From Bacilli bacterium (lineage in GTDB: Bacteria; Bacillota_I; Bacilli_A; RF39; UBA660): 64,000 nucleotides of DNA. The first letter of the stretch is position 1. The number at the start of each line of letters is the position of its first letter. The stretch lies in NCBI GenBank assembly GCA_017542465.1, contig JAFXXB010000020.1:10329-74328 (forward strand). The letters run 5' to 3'. The notes under the pieces are model-generated. The model worked only from the letters and a program-made list of their open reading frames with translations. It had not been told where the DNA came from and made no database searches. The position numbers were made by a program, and so were the translations under genes. Positions 29,161-40,444 of this stretch are shown piece after piece.

Positions 29161-29977
29161 CTATAGCACCTTCACTTTCTTCTGCATCTGCTGCATAGAA
29201 CACATCATTCTTAGGTTTTAATTCATCTAATAACATTGATCTAAATTCATCAATTGTTAAATTGTAATGAAGATAGTTATCACATGCTATAGATATTCTA
29301 CCTGTTTCTTCAGATACAACTAAAGCAATTGCATCTGTTTCTTCAGCTACACCTAAAGCTGCTCTATGACGTGTACCTAACTTTTTATTAACATTAGGAT
29401 TCATTGATGTCTTAAATACTGCTCCAGCACATGTTACCTTATCACCTTGAATGATAATACCACCATCATGTAATGGGTTTGGAGGTAAGAATGCTGCCTC
29501 TAATAATTGAGAAGTTATATCAGCATATAATTTAATAGCTGGTTGAATATATTCTTGTAATGACATATTTCTTTCAATAACTATTAAAGCACCAATTCTT
29601 TCTCTCTTTAAGTGTTCAATAGCAGTCATTATTTCAAATACTACTCTTTCTCTTTCATCAACAGTTAATACCTTATGTCTTCCTAATAATTGAGTACGTC
29701 CTACTTGTTCAAGTAAGTTTCTTATTTCTGGTTGGAAAATAACAATTAATGCTATAGGTCCCCAAGAAATTACATACTCTAGTAAAACACCAACTGTATA
29801 TAGATTTAATAAATTACTTAATAACTTAATTAATATAATAATTACTACACCCTTAAATATAAGGACCATCTTAACATTATTCTTAATATTCTTAAATAAA
29901 ATATAGAAGAATGTCCAAACGATACATATATCTAATGTCTTAGTAATGTATGCCCATATTGTTGCAAATGGAATCAT
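29153..29977 (-). CDS. cdaA: Diadenylate cyclase CdaA/DacA
   Basis: Three TM, IFQPEIR, LHDGG, GTRHRAALG, VVSEETG. Confidence 0.93.
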   Translation of the reverse strand: MIPFATIWAYITKTLDICIVWTFFYILFKNIKNNVKMVLIFKGVVIIILIKLLSNLLNLYTVGVLLEYVISWGPIALIVIFQPEIRNLLEQVGRTQLLGRHKVLTVDERERVVFEIMTAIEHLKRERIGALIVIERNMSLQEYIQPAIKLYADITSQLLEAAFLPPNPLHDGGIIIQGDKVTCAGAVFKTSMNPNVNKKLGTRHRAALGVAEETDAIALVVSEETGRISIACDNYLHYNLTIDEFRSMLLDELKPKNDVFYAADAEESEGAIDE

Positions 29978-30171
29978 TTTATCACATCCCTTTTTAAATT
30001 ATACCATAGATAACATAATTAAAAAATGCTCTAAGAAGCATTTCTTAAATTTATTAATCTCTAATATCATTAATAATTATACATATATAATACATATTTA
30101 TCAATAACTATATATTGAAAATAATTCGTAATAAATGTTATAATTTAATAAGTAATAGGAGTTGAAAAACT

Positions 30172-31317
30172 ATGGATAAAAAAATGCTTAAAATAATAGG
30201 AATAGTTGCAGGAGTATTTGTTGTATTTATAATATTATTATTTATAATTGCAGCATGTTCTAAAAAGAGATTTGAATTTGTTAAATTCCAAGATGAAATG
30301 ATAGCAGCAGCTAAAAACTATTATAAAAATAATGAAAAAGAATTACCTAATGAAGATGGTAAAACTAAGAAGGTAACATTAAAACAATTAATAAATGACG
30401 GATATTTGCAAGAGCCTTCTAAAACATATAAAGATGAAACACTTCAATGTGATGGATCAATAACTGTTACAAATAATGGTGGAACATATTTATATTCTCC
30501 ATCACTTACATGTGGTAAGGATCATAGAACACAATTATTTAAGGATAAAGTTTTAGATGATTCATTAGTTACTGAAGGTGTTGGTTTATATGAGACTAAA
30601 ATAAACTACATCACTACTGAAGAAGATGTAACAAATCCTAAATATAAAGATGCATATGTATTTAGAGGTGAAGTTACAAACAACTATGTAAAAATAAATG
30701 GAACAGATAAATTGTTTAGAATCATAAGAATAAATGAAGATGGTACAATCAGATTAATAGCCACAGAAAGTGAAGAAGGAACTGAATGGGATAATAGATA
30801 TAATTATGAACAAGATGAAAAAATTGGTATTAATGAATATATATATAAAGATATAAATTCACGTATGAAAGATTCTATTGCAAATTATTATAACAATTCA
30901 ACTTTAATGCCTGATTCAATTAAACCATACATAGTATCTCAAGGTTTATGCTTAGGTAAAAGAGGTGCTGATGACTCAACTAAAGATGGTTCTACAGAAT
31001 GTACTGTTGGATTATTAAATCAAAAACTTGGTTTATTAAGCGCATATGAATATTTAAATGCATCACTTGATGAACATTGCTTAACTACAACTGATGAGTC
31101 ATGTTCAAATTATAACTGGATGACTAGTATTAAATATGTATGGACTCAAACAGCATTTAATGGTGATACATATTCTGTATGGTATGTTGGTGTTAACAAC
31201 TTAAGAAAAACTACAGCTGAAGGACAAAATGAATGGAATGTAGTATTTAATATATCTGAAAAAGTAACTTATGTATCAGGAACTGGTACTAAAGAAGATC
31301 CTTATATAATTAAGTAA
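30172..31317 (+). CDS. Membrane-anchored extracellular hypothetical protein (DUF6273-like C-terminal domain)
   Basis: N-terminal TM; YVFRG..NNYV..LFRIIRINEDGTIRLI; ends GTGTKEDPYII. Confidence 0.6.
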   Translation: MDKKMLKIIGIVAGVFVVFIILLFIIAACSKKRFEFVKFQDEMIAAAKNYYKNNEKELPNEDGKTKKVTLKQLINDGYLQEPSKTYKDETLQCDGSITVTNNGGTYLYSPSLTCGKDHRTQLFKDKVLDDSLVTEGVGLYETKINYITTEEDVTNPKYKDAYVFRGEVTNNYVKINGTDKLFRIIRINEDGTIRLIATESEEGTEWDNRYNYEQDEKIGINEYIYKDINSRMKDSIANYYNNSTLMPDSIKPYIVSQGLCLGKRGADDSTKDGSTECTVGLLNQKLGLLSAYEYLNASLDEHCLTTTDESCSNYNWMTSIKYVWTQTAFNGDTYSVWYVGVNNLRKTTAEGQNEWNVVFNISEKVTYVSGTGTKEDPYIIK

Positions 31318-31355
31318 TATAAAAACACTTTCAAATGAAAGTGTTTTATTTTGTC

Positions 31356-33314
31356 TTAATCTTCTGATTTAAGTTCAAATATTAAATCTCTTAGTTCTGC
31401 AGCCTTCTCAAAATCTAAGTTCTTAGCTGCATCTTTCATCTCTTGTTCCATAACTGAGATGATTTGTAGTTTATCTTGTTTAGATAACTTCTTATCTTCA
31501 AGTTTCTCTATTTCTTCATTAGATACTACATCATTAATCTTCTTAATAATAGTCTTAGGTACAATACCATGTTCTTTATTATATTCATCTTGGATAGTTC
31601 TTCTTCTATTAGTTTCTTTAATAGACATATCCATAGATTCAGATACAGTATCAGCATACATTATAACTTTACCTTCACTGTTACGAGCACATCTACCAAT
31701 TATTTGGATAAGCGATCTATAACTTCTTAAGAATCCTTGTTTATCAGCATCCATGATAGCAATTAATGATACTTCAGGTAAATCTATACCTTCTCTTAAT
31801 AAGTTAATACCAACTAATACATCATATTTACCTTGTCTTAATTCTTTAATTATTTTTAATCTCTCTAAAGTTTTAACTTCTGTATGTAAGTAAGCAACCT
31901 TTATACCTACACCTTTAAGATATGCTGTTAATTCTTCAGCCATCCTAATAGTTAAAGTAGTAACAAGTACTCTTTCATTTTTGTTTATTCTTTCATTTAT
32001 TTCACCAATTAAATCATCTATTTGACCTTCTGTTGGTCTAACTTCAGTAATTGGATCTAATAATCCTGTTGGTCTAATTAATTGTTCAATACACTTATTA
32101 TTAACTAAATCTAATTCATAATCACCAGGTGTAGCAGATACATAGATTATTTGATTTGTTTTATCCTCAAACTCATCAAATTTAAGTGGTCTATTATCTA
32201 ATGCACTAGGTAATCTAAAACCATAATCTACAAGTGTTTGTTTTCTCATTCTATCGCCATTATACATTCCTCTTACTTGAGGTAACGTAATATGAGATTC
32301 ATCTATAAATAATAAATAATCATCATCGAAGAAATCCATTAAAGTACATGGTGTAGATCCAGCTTCTCTTAATCCTAAATGTCTTGAGTAATTCTCAATT
32401 CCATGACAAAAGCCTGTCTCCCTTAACATCTCTAAATCATAGTTACATCTTTGTTCTAGTCTTTCAGCTTCAAGTAATTTATTATTATCTCTTAATTCTT
32501 TTAATCTATCTTTAAGTTCAGCTTCAATTCTATCACAAGCCATATTTAATTTATCTTTATTTGTTACAAAGTGAGTAGCTGGAAATAACATAACTGTGTG
32601 TTTTTGTTTAATAATACTTCCTGTAACTATATCAAACTCACATATTCTATCTACTTCATCACCAAATAATTCTATTCTTATTCCATTCTTCTTTTCAGCA
32701 ATAGGTACTATATCAATAGTATCTCCTTTAGATCTAAATGTACCACGATGAAAATCTATTTCATTTCTTTCATAATTCATATCTATTAATTTAGATAAAA
32801 TAGTTTCTCTTGGTTTATTATCACCTACAGATACAACTAAACATTCATTCTTATAATCTTCTTTATCTCCTAAACCATATATACATGAAACAGATGCTAC
32901 AACTATAGTATCTCTTCTTGTTAATAATGATTCTGTAGCTGAATGTCTTAATTCATCTATTTCATCATTTATAGATGCATCTTTTTCTATATATGTATCA
33001 CTTTGAGGTACATATGCTTCAGGTTGATAATAGTCATAGTAAGATACAAAATACTCTACTCTATTATTAGGAAACAATTCCTTCATCTCTGCATATAATT
33101 GACCTGCTAGAGTTTTATTAGGTTCAAGTATTAAAGTAGGTTTATTCTCTCTTGCTATAACATTAGCCATGGTAAAAGTTTTACCAGAACCTGTTACACC
33201 TAATAATACTTGATGTTTATTACCTTTATCTATTGATTCACATAACTCATCTATAGCCTTAGGTTGATCACCTGATGGTTTATAATCAGATATAATTTCA
33301 AACTTATTATCCAT
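31356..33314 (-). CDS. uvrB: Excinuclease ABC subunit B
   Basis: [42 protein letters not shown] domain. Confidence 0.97.
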   Translation of the reverse strand: MDNKFEIISDYKPSGDQPKAIDELCESIDKGNKHQVLLGVTGSGKTFTMANVIARENKPTLILEPNKTLAGQLYAEMKELFPNNRVEYFVSYYDYYQPEAYVPQSDTYIEKDASINDEIDELRHSATESLLTRRDTIVVASVSCIYGLGDKEDYKNECLVVSVGDNKPRETILSKLIDMNYERNEIDFHRGTFRSKGDTIDIVPIAEKKNGIRIELFGDEVDRICEFDIVTGSIIKQKHTVMLFPATHFVTNKDKLNMACDRIEAELKDRLKELRDNNKLLEAERLEQRCNYDLEMLRETGFCHGIENYSRHLGLREAGSTPCTLMDFFDDDYLLFIDESHITLPQVRGMYNGDRMRKQTLVDYGFRLPSALDNRPLKFDEFEDKTNQIIYVSATPGDYELDLVNNKCIEQLIRPTGLLDPITEVRPTEGQIDDLIGEINERINKNERVLVTTLTIRMAEELTAYLKGVGIKVAYLHTEVKTLERLKIIKELRQGKYDVLVGINLLREGIDLPEVSLIAIMDADKQGFLRSYRSLIQIIGRCARNSEGKVIMYADTVSESMDMSIKETNRRRTIQDEYNKEHGIVPKTIIKKINDVVSNEEIEKLEDKKLSKQDKLQIISVMEQEMKDAAKNLDFEKAAELRDLIFELKSED

Positions 33315-33381
33315 GACTCTCACCTCACTTAATTGTATTCTATCATTTATAAATAAAAATACAAGATTACTCTTGTATTTA

Positions 33382-34473
33382 TTATCTTATTTTAATATGT
33401 CTAGAATACATTTTTGCTAATCTATTAGCAACTACTTTTGATCTTCCTTTAGGAGAAGTATTATCTATTCTATCCATAACTTCACTTACATAATCAATAT
33501 CATATTCATTAATACCTTTAGATGAAGCATCATCTAAATATTCATTAATAAAATATAATACTTTTTTGTAAGGAGCATTTATATTAGCTTTAGAATCATG
33601 TCTAGTATTATATGAATCTATAAAGAAAGATTTAAGTGTATCATATTTTAAATCAATTATTTCTCTTGTTTGTTTATATTTTTTACTTAAAGCATTTAAT
33701 TGTTCTAATTTTTCATCAGTTAATTCTTCAAATGAGAATACTTTTAAATCTTCAAATAAATCAGTATAGAACACCAATTCATTCATTATTAAATTATTTA
33801 ATTCATTTAATATATATGGTGCATTCTTACATACTGTTTTTTCTAATACTTCATATAATTCATATTTACTTTCATTAGTGAAATCATGAATGTTAATAAT
33901 TCTTTTATTATCATTAGAATTCTTTCCACTATCAATTTTAATATTATCATATAATTGAATTAATAAATCATAAGAGTCAGATAATTGTTTTCTGCATTCT
34001 TCTATTTCTTTAAAACAATTATCTCCATCTTTTAATAATTTAGCATATTCATTATTAACTTTAATATATTCATCTCTTGCTTTAATCTTTCTATCAGTAG
34101 TTTCTTTTAATCGCTCATAAGCTTCTTCAGTTATTTGATTATTTAATGCAAGTTTATCAAAATTTAAAGAGTCTTTAGTATTAATAAATTTTAATTGAGA
34201 TCTTTTATCATGTAATTCACTTAATTTATCAATTTGTTTTAATTTAATATCCTTATATTCTTTAGATTTAATAGAATATATATTCATATTCTTACAAATA
34301 CTTTGGAATAAATCTTCACACATGTCTAAATCTATAATATCTATTAATTCTAGATTACTACGAATAAATTTAGTTACTTGATTATCAAAATAAAAACCAA
34401 TTAAATCATCACCAGAATATATATCTAATGCTTTAGCTACTCTCATACCATTATTTCTATTAATAATACTCAT
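33382..34473 (-). CDS. Hypothetical coiled-coil protein
   Basis: 363-aa ORF with RBS; no recognisable motif. Confidence 0.55.
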   Translation of the reverse strand: MSIINRNNGMRVAKALDIYSGDDLIGFYFDNQVTKFIRSNLELIDIIDLDMCEDLFQSICKNMNIYSIKSKEYKDIKLKQIDKLSELHDKRSQLKFINTKDSLNFDKLALNNQITEEAYERLKETTDRKIKARDEYIKVNNEYAKLLKDGDNCFKEIEECRKQLSDSYDLLIQLYDNIKIDSGKNSNDNKRIINIHDFTNESKYELYEVLEKTVCKNAPYILNELNNLIMNELVFYTDLFEDLKVFSFEELTDEKLEQLNALSKKYKQTREIIDLKYDTLKSFFIDSYNTRHDSKANINAPYKKVLYFINEYLDDASSKGINEYDIDYVSEVMDRIDNTSPKGRSKVVANRLAKMYSRHIKIR

Positions 34474-34547
34474 ATAAACCCCTTCTTTACGAGGTATTAT
34501 TTTATAACAATTTCAATAAAAAAGCAAATTAAAAGTAGGTTATTAAC

Positions 34548-34838
34548 CTACTTTAATAAATCCTCTATTTCAGATTTAGAACACATTCCAACTTGTTTTT
34601 TATATTCTTTACCATCCTTAAATGAAATAATACATGGAATAGACATAATACCAAATGATAAAGCTAATTCATTCTCATCATCAACATTTATCTTATATAC
34701 AGTATGTTCCTTTGCAATTTCCTCCATGACAGGCATCATCATTTGACAAGGTCCACACCAATCAGCATAGAAATCCACAATACATTCTTCTTTTCCATCT
34801 ATTACTCTCTTTTGGAATTCTTCATTATTTAGGTTCAT
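34548..34838 (-). CDS. trxA: Thioredoxin
   Basis: DFYADWCGPC and IMSIP motifs. Confidence 0.92.
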   Translation of the reverse strand: MNLNNEEFQKRVIDGKEECIVDFYADWCGPCQMMMPVMEEIAKEHTVYKINVDDENELALSFGIMSIPCIISFKDGKEYKKQVGMCSKSEIEDLLK

Positions 34839-34886
34839 ATAATCACTTCCTATAATAATTATAATAAATAATTACTTATAAATAAA

Positions 34887-36338
34887 TCATCTGATTCTAA
34901 AATTTTTAGGATCTTTAATCATTTCTTTTTGTAATACTAACTTCTTAGGTAATTCTTTACCTTGATCCATTTCATCAATAATAGCACCTTCAAGTTTAAT
35001 AAATGATTTAGAAATAATTTTATTTAAACTTCTTGCACCAGCACCAATTGATATTGCTTCTTCAATAATAGCATTTAAAAAAGCATCATCATATTCAATT
35101 TCACATCCATATAATTCTTTATATTTATCTTTAACTAATAATAATGGAGAAATCTTTGATTCAGTTAATATTGATTTATAACCTTGTTCATCTAAATCAT
35201 TATAAGTAAATATTTGAGCAAATCTACCAACAAACTCTGGTAAGAAACCGTACTTCTTGATAGACTCATCAGATGCAACCTTCTTTTCCTTCTTTTCTTC
35301 TTCATTATTATCGGTTGTTTTACCTGAGAAACCAATTACTTTACCATTTTCTTTATTAAGCATTCCATCAAATGCTCCTGTTGCAATAACAGTTATAAGT
35401 GATGTATCTAGAGTTAACTTATTTGCACCTTTTTTAGGTTCAAATTGAAATTGTCCTCCCTCAACAAACTTTAATAAAGCTTGTTGAACAGTTATATCAG
35501 TTACATCATTACCACGAGAAGCTAACTTATCAACTTCATCTAAACATACTATAGATCTTTCAGCTAAACTCATATCACATTTAGCATTTGAATATATCTT
35601 ATTGATAATATCAGTTACACTATCACCTACATAACCTTCAGCTGTTAATTTAGTACAATCATAGATTGTTACAGGTAAATTAACATATTCAGCAATTTGT
35701 CTAACTGTTTCTGTTTTTCCACATCCAGTTCCACCAACACATAATATATTATGCATCATTCTTGGATCTGTTTCTCTTAAGTTATGACATATAGAAGTTG
35801 AAATATCTTCAAGAATATCATCATTATTCTTTACTCTATCTTTTAAGTATCCATATAATTCACTTCTGATTACTCTTCCACCCATACTTTTAGGTTTTTC
35901 GTTCTTTTTAGGAATCATAATTTCAGGAGCACTCTTAATTATTCCACTACTTTCTTTCTTAGGTATAGGTTCAACTATTAGTTTTTCATTTTCTCCATCT
36001 TTATACATAAGAACAATATTTTCTCTTAATTCTCTATAATAAGCTATAGCTAATCCTGTACTATTTAAGTCTTCACCATATTTATCTCTTAACTCATCAA
36101 AAGTAACTGGATATAAAAAGAATACATCTTCTTCATTATGTTTATATTCATCATGTTTAGATATAGGTAATATCTTTTCTCCTGTATCTTCACATACGAA
36201 AGAACCATATTCATCTACTTTTCCCACAGCAAAACCATATGGGATAATTCCATAACTATTTTGATTCTTATCAATAAGTTTTATATTACATGTGATTGCT
36301 ACTGTATCATTTGGCATATCTTGTATTATCTTTTCCAT
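34887..36338 (-). CDS. ClpX-like AAA+ ATPase with atypical N-terminal domain
   Basis: GGTGCGKT, TAEGYVG, LDEVDK, VQQALLK, IGF loop, PEFVGRF, GARSL; no C4 zinc-binding N-domain. Confidence 0.8.
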   Translation of the reverse strand: MEKIIQDMPNDTVAITCNIKLIDKNQNSYGIIPYGFAVGKVDEYGSFVCEDTGEKILPISKHDEYKHNEEDVFFLYPVTFDELRDKYGEDLNSTGLAIAYYRELRENIVLMYKDGENEKLIVEPIPKKESSGIIKSAPEIMIPKKNEKPKSMGGRVIRSELYGYLKDRVKNNDDILEDISTSICHNLRETDPRMMHNILCVGGTGCGKTETVRQIAEYVNLPVTIYDCTKLTAEGYVGDSVTDIINKIYSNAKCDMSLAERSIVCLDEVDKLASRGNDVTDITVQQALLKFVEGGQFQFEPKKGANKLTLDTSLITVIATGAFDGMLNKENGKVIGFSGKTTDNNEEEKKEKKVASDESIKKYGFLPEFVGRFAQIFTYNDLDEQGYKSILTESKISPLLLVKDKYKELYGCEIEYDDAFLNAIIEEAISIGAGARSLNKIISKSFIKLEGAIIDEMDQGKELPKKLVLQKEMIKDPKNFRIR

Positions 36339-36412
36339 AATAATCACCTATTGGTTTATTATAATAATACATTTATGAAAAATAAACAATAAAAAAAGAA
36401 CTATTTTAGCTC

Positions 36413-37576
36413 TTAATCAACTAATGTTGTTTTTAAGTTATATATAACTCCATCCTTACTGATATATAATGATTTTCTTCCTTCAATATCAGTCTTAATT
36501 ACTCCTGATTTATCAATAGGATATGTATATAATTTTCCTTTGCTATCAACAATTAATAATTTACCAGTTACATCTGATGTATATGAAATATATTCACCCA
36601 TATAATTAACTTTAAATTCACCATCATATTTAACTGAATTATTCAATAAATGTTCATATTCACTTATTGGTAATACTGCTTTTGTTGTATATGAATCAGG
36701 TAATGTCACATCCTCAAATGAATAGTTATCTATTTCATCTTGATATACATTATAAGCATCTCCAATATATGAGTTACTTTCAGTAAATACATTTACCTCA
36801 TATTTCAATTCTTCTGTATTACTAGTTATAGATGATATTCTACCCATATAATCTATGTCTAATCTAATATCATTCTTAACATCCCTATTTTGTTTATAGC
36901 CTAATGCTATCTTATTCTTAAATAATGTAGCACCTGAGAAATATCCAAATTCATAATAACTTATTAAAGTATTATTCTTATCAAATCCTCTTAGTGAAGA
37001 TATATCAGCATTTAAATCACCAACAAGGTAATATGTATTTTCATTCTCTAACATATCTGATACTTTAATATTTTGTATATCATTATTGAATGGTTCAATG
37101 ATTATATTATATGTTTGTTTATCACCATTATCTAAAGTAAGTGTTACATGATTAGATGCATCAGCATATAATTGATAAATTGGTATGATATGATTCTTAC
37201 TTTTTTTAACAGTTGTAACATGTACATCATTTAATGCAACTTTAACTGCTGTATCTTCTTCTGTAGTAAAAATAATTAAAGCAGAAGATCTATTAACTTT
37301 ATATGGAGCTTTTAAGATAATTGGTTTCTCAAATGTATACTCACCATTTTTAGATAGTTCCTTAATCTTTTCATCCATATCTTTTTGGTCTGCTAATAAT
37401 CCTTTTAAATTATTATTTACCATAGTATTATATGGAGAAAAATACTTAGCTACTGGAGATTGTAAATTCATTCCAAAGAAAGCAACAAATATCATAGCTA
37501 CTATAAACACAACAAATATTGATGCCATTAAAATTGGAGAAATCTCACTCACATTATTAGTCTTTTTCTTAGTCAT
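36413..37576 (-). CDS. Membrane-anchored protein with aryl-sulfotransferase N-terminal Ig-like domain
   Basis: APYKVNRSSALIIFTT...HIIPIYQLYADASNHV resembles the Arylsulfotran_N pattern. Confidence 0.6.
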   Translation of the reverse strand: MTKKKTNNVSEISPILMASIFVVFIVAMIFVAFFGMNLQSPVAKYFSPYNTMVNNNLKGLLADQKDMDEKIKELSKNGEYTFEKPIILKAPYKVNRSSALIIFTTEEDTAVKVALNDVHVTTVKKSKNHIIPIYQLYADASNHVTLTLDNGDKQTYNIIIEPFNNDIQNIKVSDMLENENTYYLVGDLNADISSLRGFDKNNTLISYYEFGYFSGATLFKNKIALGYKQNRDVKNDIRLDIDYMGRISSITSNTEELKYEVNVFTESNSYIGDAYNVYQDEIDNYSFEDVTLPDSYTTKAVLPISEYEHLLNNSVKYDGEFKVNYMGEYISYTSDVTGKLLIVDSKGKLYTYPIDKSGVIKTDIEGRKSLYISKDGVIYNLKTTLVD

Positions 37577-37639
37577 ATATCATACCTTCTATTCTATATA
37601 AATTATATAACAAGTAATTATAAAAAGTAAACTTTAAAC

Positions 37640-37940
37640 CACAAAAAAACTCCGGCCTGATAAACCAAAGTTCTTTTGGGCTTTTTTAAAAAAATCGAAT
37701 AAATGATACAACAAATTATCAGTTTATTATACCATCTTGAAACGTGGATAGAGTTGTCCATCTCTATATATGATCATATCCTTAGTAATAGTTTCAACCT
37801 CTTGGCATTCTTAAAGTGTAAGATTACTATAATGAATTGATAAATCAAGACAAAAGTTCACCTTACAAGAATTAATATAAAGCAATTAGTCATACTAAAT
37901 AATAATTCTTATAAATAAAATAATTACTAAGTACCTAATA
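37640..37940 (-). ncRNA. Candidate structured RNA or long leader, class unknown
   Basis: TTGATT-17-TATAAT promoter just inside/after the topB end; several helices; ends in a U-tract. Confidence 0.35.
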
Positions 37941-37968
37941 TTATAAACACATTATATCAATAAATCAA

Positions 37969-40059
37969 TCATTTAAATTCAAAGTTAACTTTTTTATCTT
38001 TAAGCACTAGATACGCTGAAAACTCCTTACCTTGTTTAGATATAAATCCATCTATAAGTTTTGTTTTCTTATTATTTAATAATTCATCAAATATTTCTTT
38101 ATCTATATGTTTCTTACATATATAGAAATTAATGTTAAACTTACATTCTTTATAATCCTCACATGCATATGAATACTTAGTATATTTCATATCTTTTCCA
38201 CAGTAAGGGCATTTCCCTACTACATCACCAAAGAAAGGTGTCTCATCTTTTTTGTTGAAAACCTCTGTGATTTCATCTTCAGCTAATTTAACTGAATCAT
38301 CTACCGTTATTTCATCATGATAAACTTGTTTTAAGGCTTTACCTAATTCACTAGTTTTATATTTATCCATAGATATACCCATATTAATTAGAGATTCAAT
38401 TAAATATTCTCCATCAGGTAATATTGTATATACATCTTTCTTTAATTCTATATATTTACTCTTACGTGCATTATCAATAATGCCTGTTCTTGTTGCTTCA
38501 GTACCTAACTCTAGACCTTCAAATATTGCTTTATAATCTTCTGTGTCGTCTCCTTCTTCACCTGTTTGTTCTTCCTCTAATCTCTTCTTATCATCTTTAA
38601 ACGGATTCTTAAGATAATTATTTAGAGTTTCAATTGTATAATGTTTAGGTGGAGTTGTTTCTTTTTCTTTAGGTTTAAAGTCATGGTTAACTTTATCACC
38701 TTTCTCAAGGTTAGGTAATATCTTATCTTTGGAATTAGGTTCTTCAAACTTAGTCCAACCTGGTTCTAGGATCATCATTCCCTTAAGATTAAATTCTTCA
38801 TAATCACCAACCATGATTTTAATTTCAGTCTTTTGAACTACACAGTCATTTGCACAAAAGACTGCAACAAATCTTTTAAATACTGTTTGATAAACAATCT
38901 TTTCATCTTCAGTTAAATTCTCTGGTTTAGGTATTTTATATGTTGGAGTTAAGGCTGAGTGTGATTCAATCTTACTATCATCAAAGATAGTTTTTTTATC
39001 AACAAACTTAACTGGATAACCTAAATCACTTATATTCTTTAATATCTTTTCAACTTTATCTTTTTCAGCTACTGCTAAATATTCTGAGTTTGTTCTTGGA
39101 TAAGTTAAGAATCCTTTTTCATATAATCCTTGAGTAAGGGCTAATGATTTTTCCATACTCATTTTATATTTTTTACCTAAGTAGTTTTGTAACTTAGTTA
39201 AAGAGAATAACTTAGGAGGACTCATAGTATCCTTCTTAGTCTTCTTATCAGTTACTATAGCATCAGCTTCATTATATTTCTTACATAACTCTAAAGCACG
39301 CTTTTGTTCATTCTTATCAAACTTCTCTTTAGAGTTTAATTCTACTGGTTCTCCATTGGTTACTTCATTAGATGTAATTCCATAATAGATTTCAGGAACA
39401 AAGTTTCTTATAGCCATATCTCTATCATATATAGCTTTAACTATTGGAACTATAACTCTTCCTACTCTTAAAAGAGTACCTGTTTTAAGTGTTGCATATC
39501 TTGTTAAATTAACACCATATAACCAATCAATATAAGTTCTTGCAAATCCTTCTTTAGCAAGATTATCATATTCTTTATCTTCTTTTAAATCCTTTAATGC
39601 TTCTTGAATTGTTTCAGGTGTTTGATCTGGTAACCATAATCTTGTTTTTAACTTACTATTATCTTCTAAAGCATGTTGAATAATTAATCTAACAATTACC
39701 TCACCTTCACGATCAGCATCACCAGCATTTATGATATTATCCACATCTTCTCTATTAATTAAACCTTTAATAATGTTATATTGTTTTTCTACACCTGTAT
39801 CTACTTTTTTAGTTGCATCTTTTTTTAGATTGAATTTAAAAGTATCAGGATAACATGGAATATTCTTCATACTCCATTTACCTGTCTCGTTTTCATATCC
39901 TGGATAGTCTTCAATATCCGCTAAAGTAAATAAGTGACCAAATACATAAGTTACTATATATTCATCATTGATGTAATAACCTTGTTGTTGTTTCATTTGA
40001 CCAATGGCTCCAACTATATTACGAGCAAGACTTGGTTTTTCAGCTATAATAACTTTCAT
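37969..40059 (-). CDS. topB: Type IA DNA topoisomerase (topoisomerase III-like) with C-terminal zinc ribbon
   Basis: IIAEKPS, NAGDADREGE, LTYPRT catalytic Tyr, SHSALTPT, LGTEATR, CPYCG. Confidence 0.88.
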   Translation of the reverse strand: MKVIIAEKPSLARNIVGAIGQMKQQQGYYINDEYIVTYVFGHLFTLADIEDYPGYENETGKWSMKNIPCYPDTFKFNLKKDATKKVDTGVEKQYNIIKGLINREDVDNIINAGDADREGEVIVRLIIQHALEDNSKLKTRLWLPDQTPETIQEALKDLKEDKEYDNLAKEGFARTYIDWLYGVNLTRYATLKTGTLLRVGRVIVPIVKAIYDRDMAIRNFVPEIYYGITSNEVTNGEPVELNSKEKFDKNEQKRALELCKKYNEADAIVTDKKTKKDTMSPPKLFSLTKLQNYLGKKYKMSMEKSLALTQGLYEKGFLTYPRTNSEYLAVAEKDKVEKILKNISDLGYPVKFVDKKTIFDDSKIESHSALTPTYKIPKPENLTEDEKIVYQTVFKRFVAVFCANDCVVQKTEIKIMVGDYEEFNLKGMMILEPGWTKFEEPNSKDKILPNLEKGDKVNHDFKPKEKETTPPKHYTIETLNNYLKNPFKDDKKRLEEEQTGEEGDDTEDYKAIFEGLELGTEATRTGIIDNARKSKYIELKKDVYTILPDGEYLIESLINMGISMDKYKTSELGKALKQVYHDEITVDDSVKLAEDEITEVFNKKDETPFFGDVVGKCPYCGKDMKYTKYSYACEDYKECKFNINFYICKKHIDKEIFDELLNNKKTKLIDGFISKQGKEFSAYLVLKDKKVNFEFK

Positions 40060-40171
40060 TTGTTCACCTACTTTCTATACAAGTACTTTTTATTATATCA
40101 TATATAAACAATCAAATTTGTAAAAATTAATAAAAAACTATATAATATATATCGCTCAAAGGGGATGTTTT

Positions 40172-40387
40172 GTGAATAATATAGATTATGAAGAATTTTA
40201 TGAAAATAAACTTAAAGAAATTGACGATATGCAAAAAAAATTAATGATTGGTTTATGTATAGGTACATCAGTTGTATTAATTGGTACTGCAATATCATCA
40301 CTTTCAAAAAATAAAGTTACTGATGCTCATGAATACGGTAATAGACCTCAAGCAGAATACACTACTGAAGATATGAGAACTCGTTAA
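40172..40387 (+). CDS. Small single-TM hypothetical protein
   Basis: GTG start behind AAAGGGG; one hydrophobic helix. Confidence 0.55.
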   Translation: MNNIDYEEFYENKLKEIDDMQKKLMIGLCIGTSVVLIGTAISSLSKNKVTDAHEYGNRPQAEYTTEDMRTR

Positions 40388-40444
40388 TGAGTTCTCTTTC
40401 TTTTATAATATATGATATAATATGTTTATGCAGGAGGAGAAACT

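Noticed and set aside
30126-30147. TCGTAATA as a tenth cassette site
   Set aside because: Only one arm matches and there is no TnTTnCGA partner; it lies within an ordinary divergent promoter.
37648-37665. SRP RNA helix 8 (minus strand TCAGGCCGGAG)
   Set aside because: The GGAAG-AAGCAG continuation is missing; the sequence runs into a T-tract.
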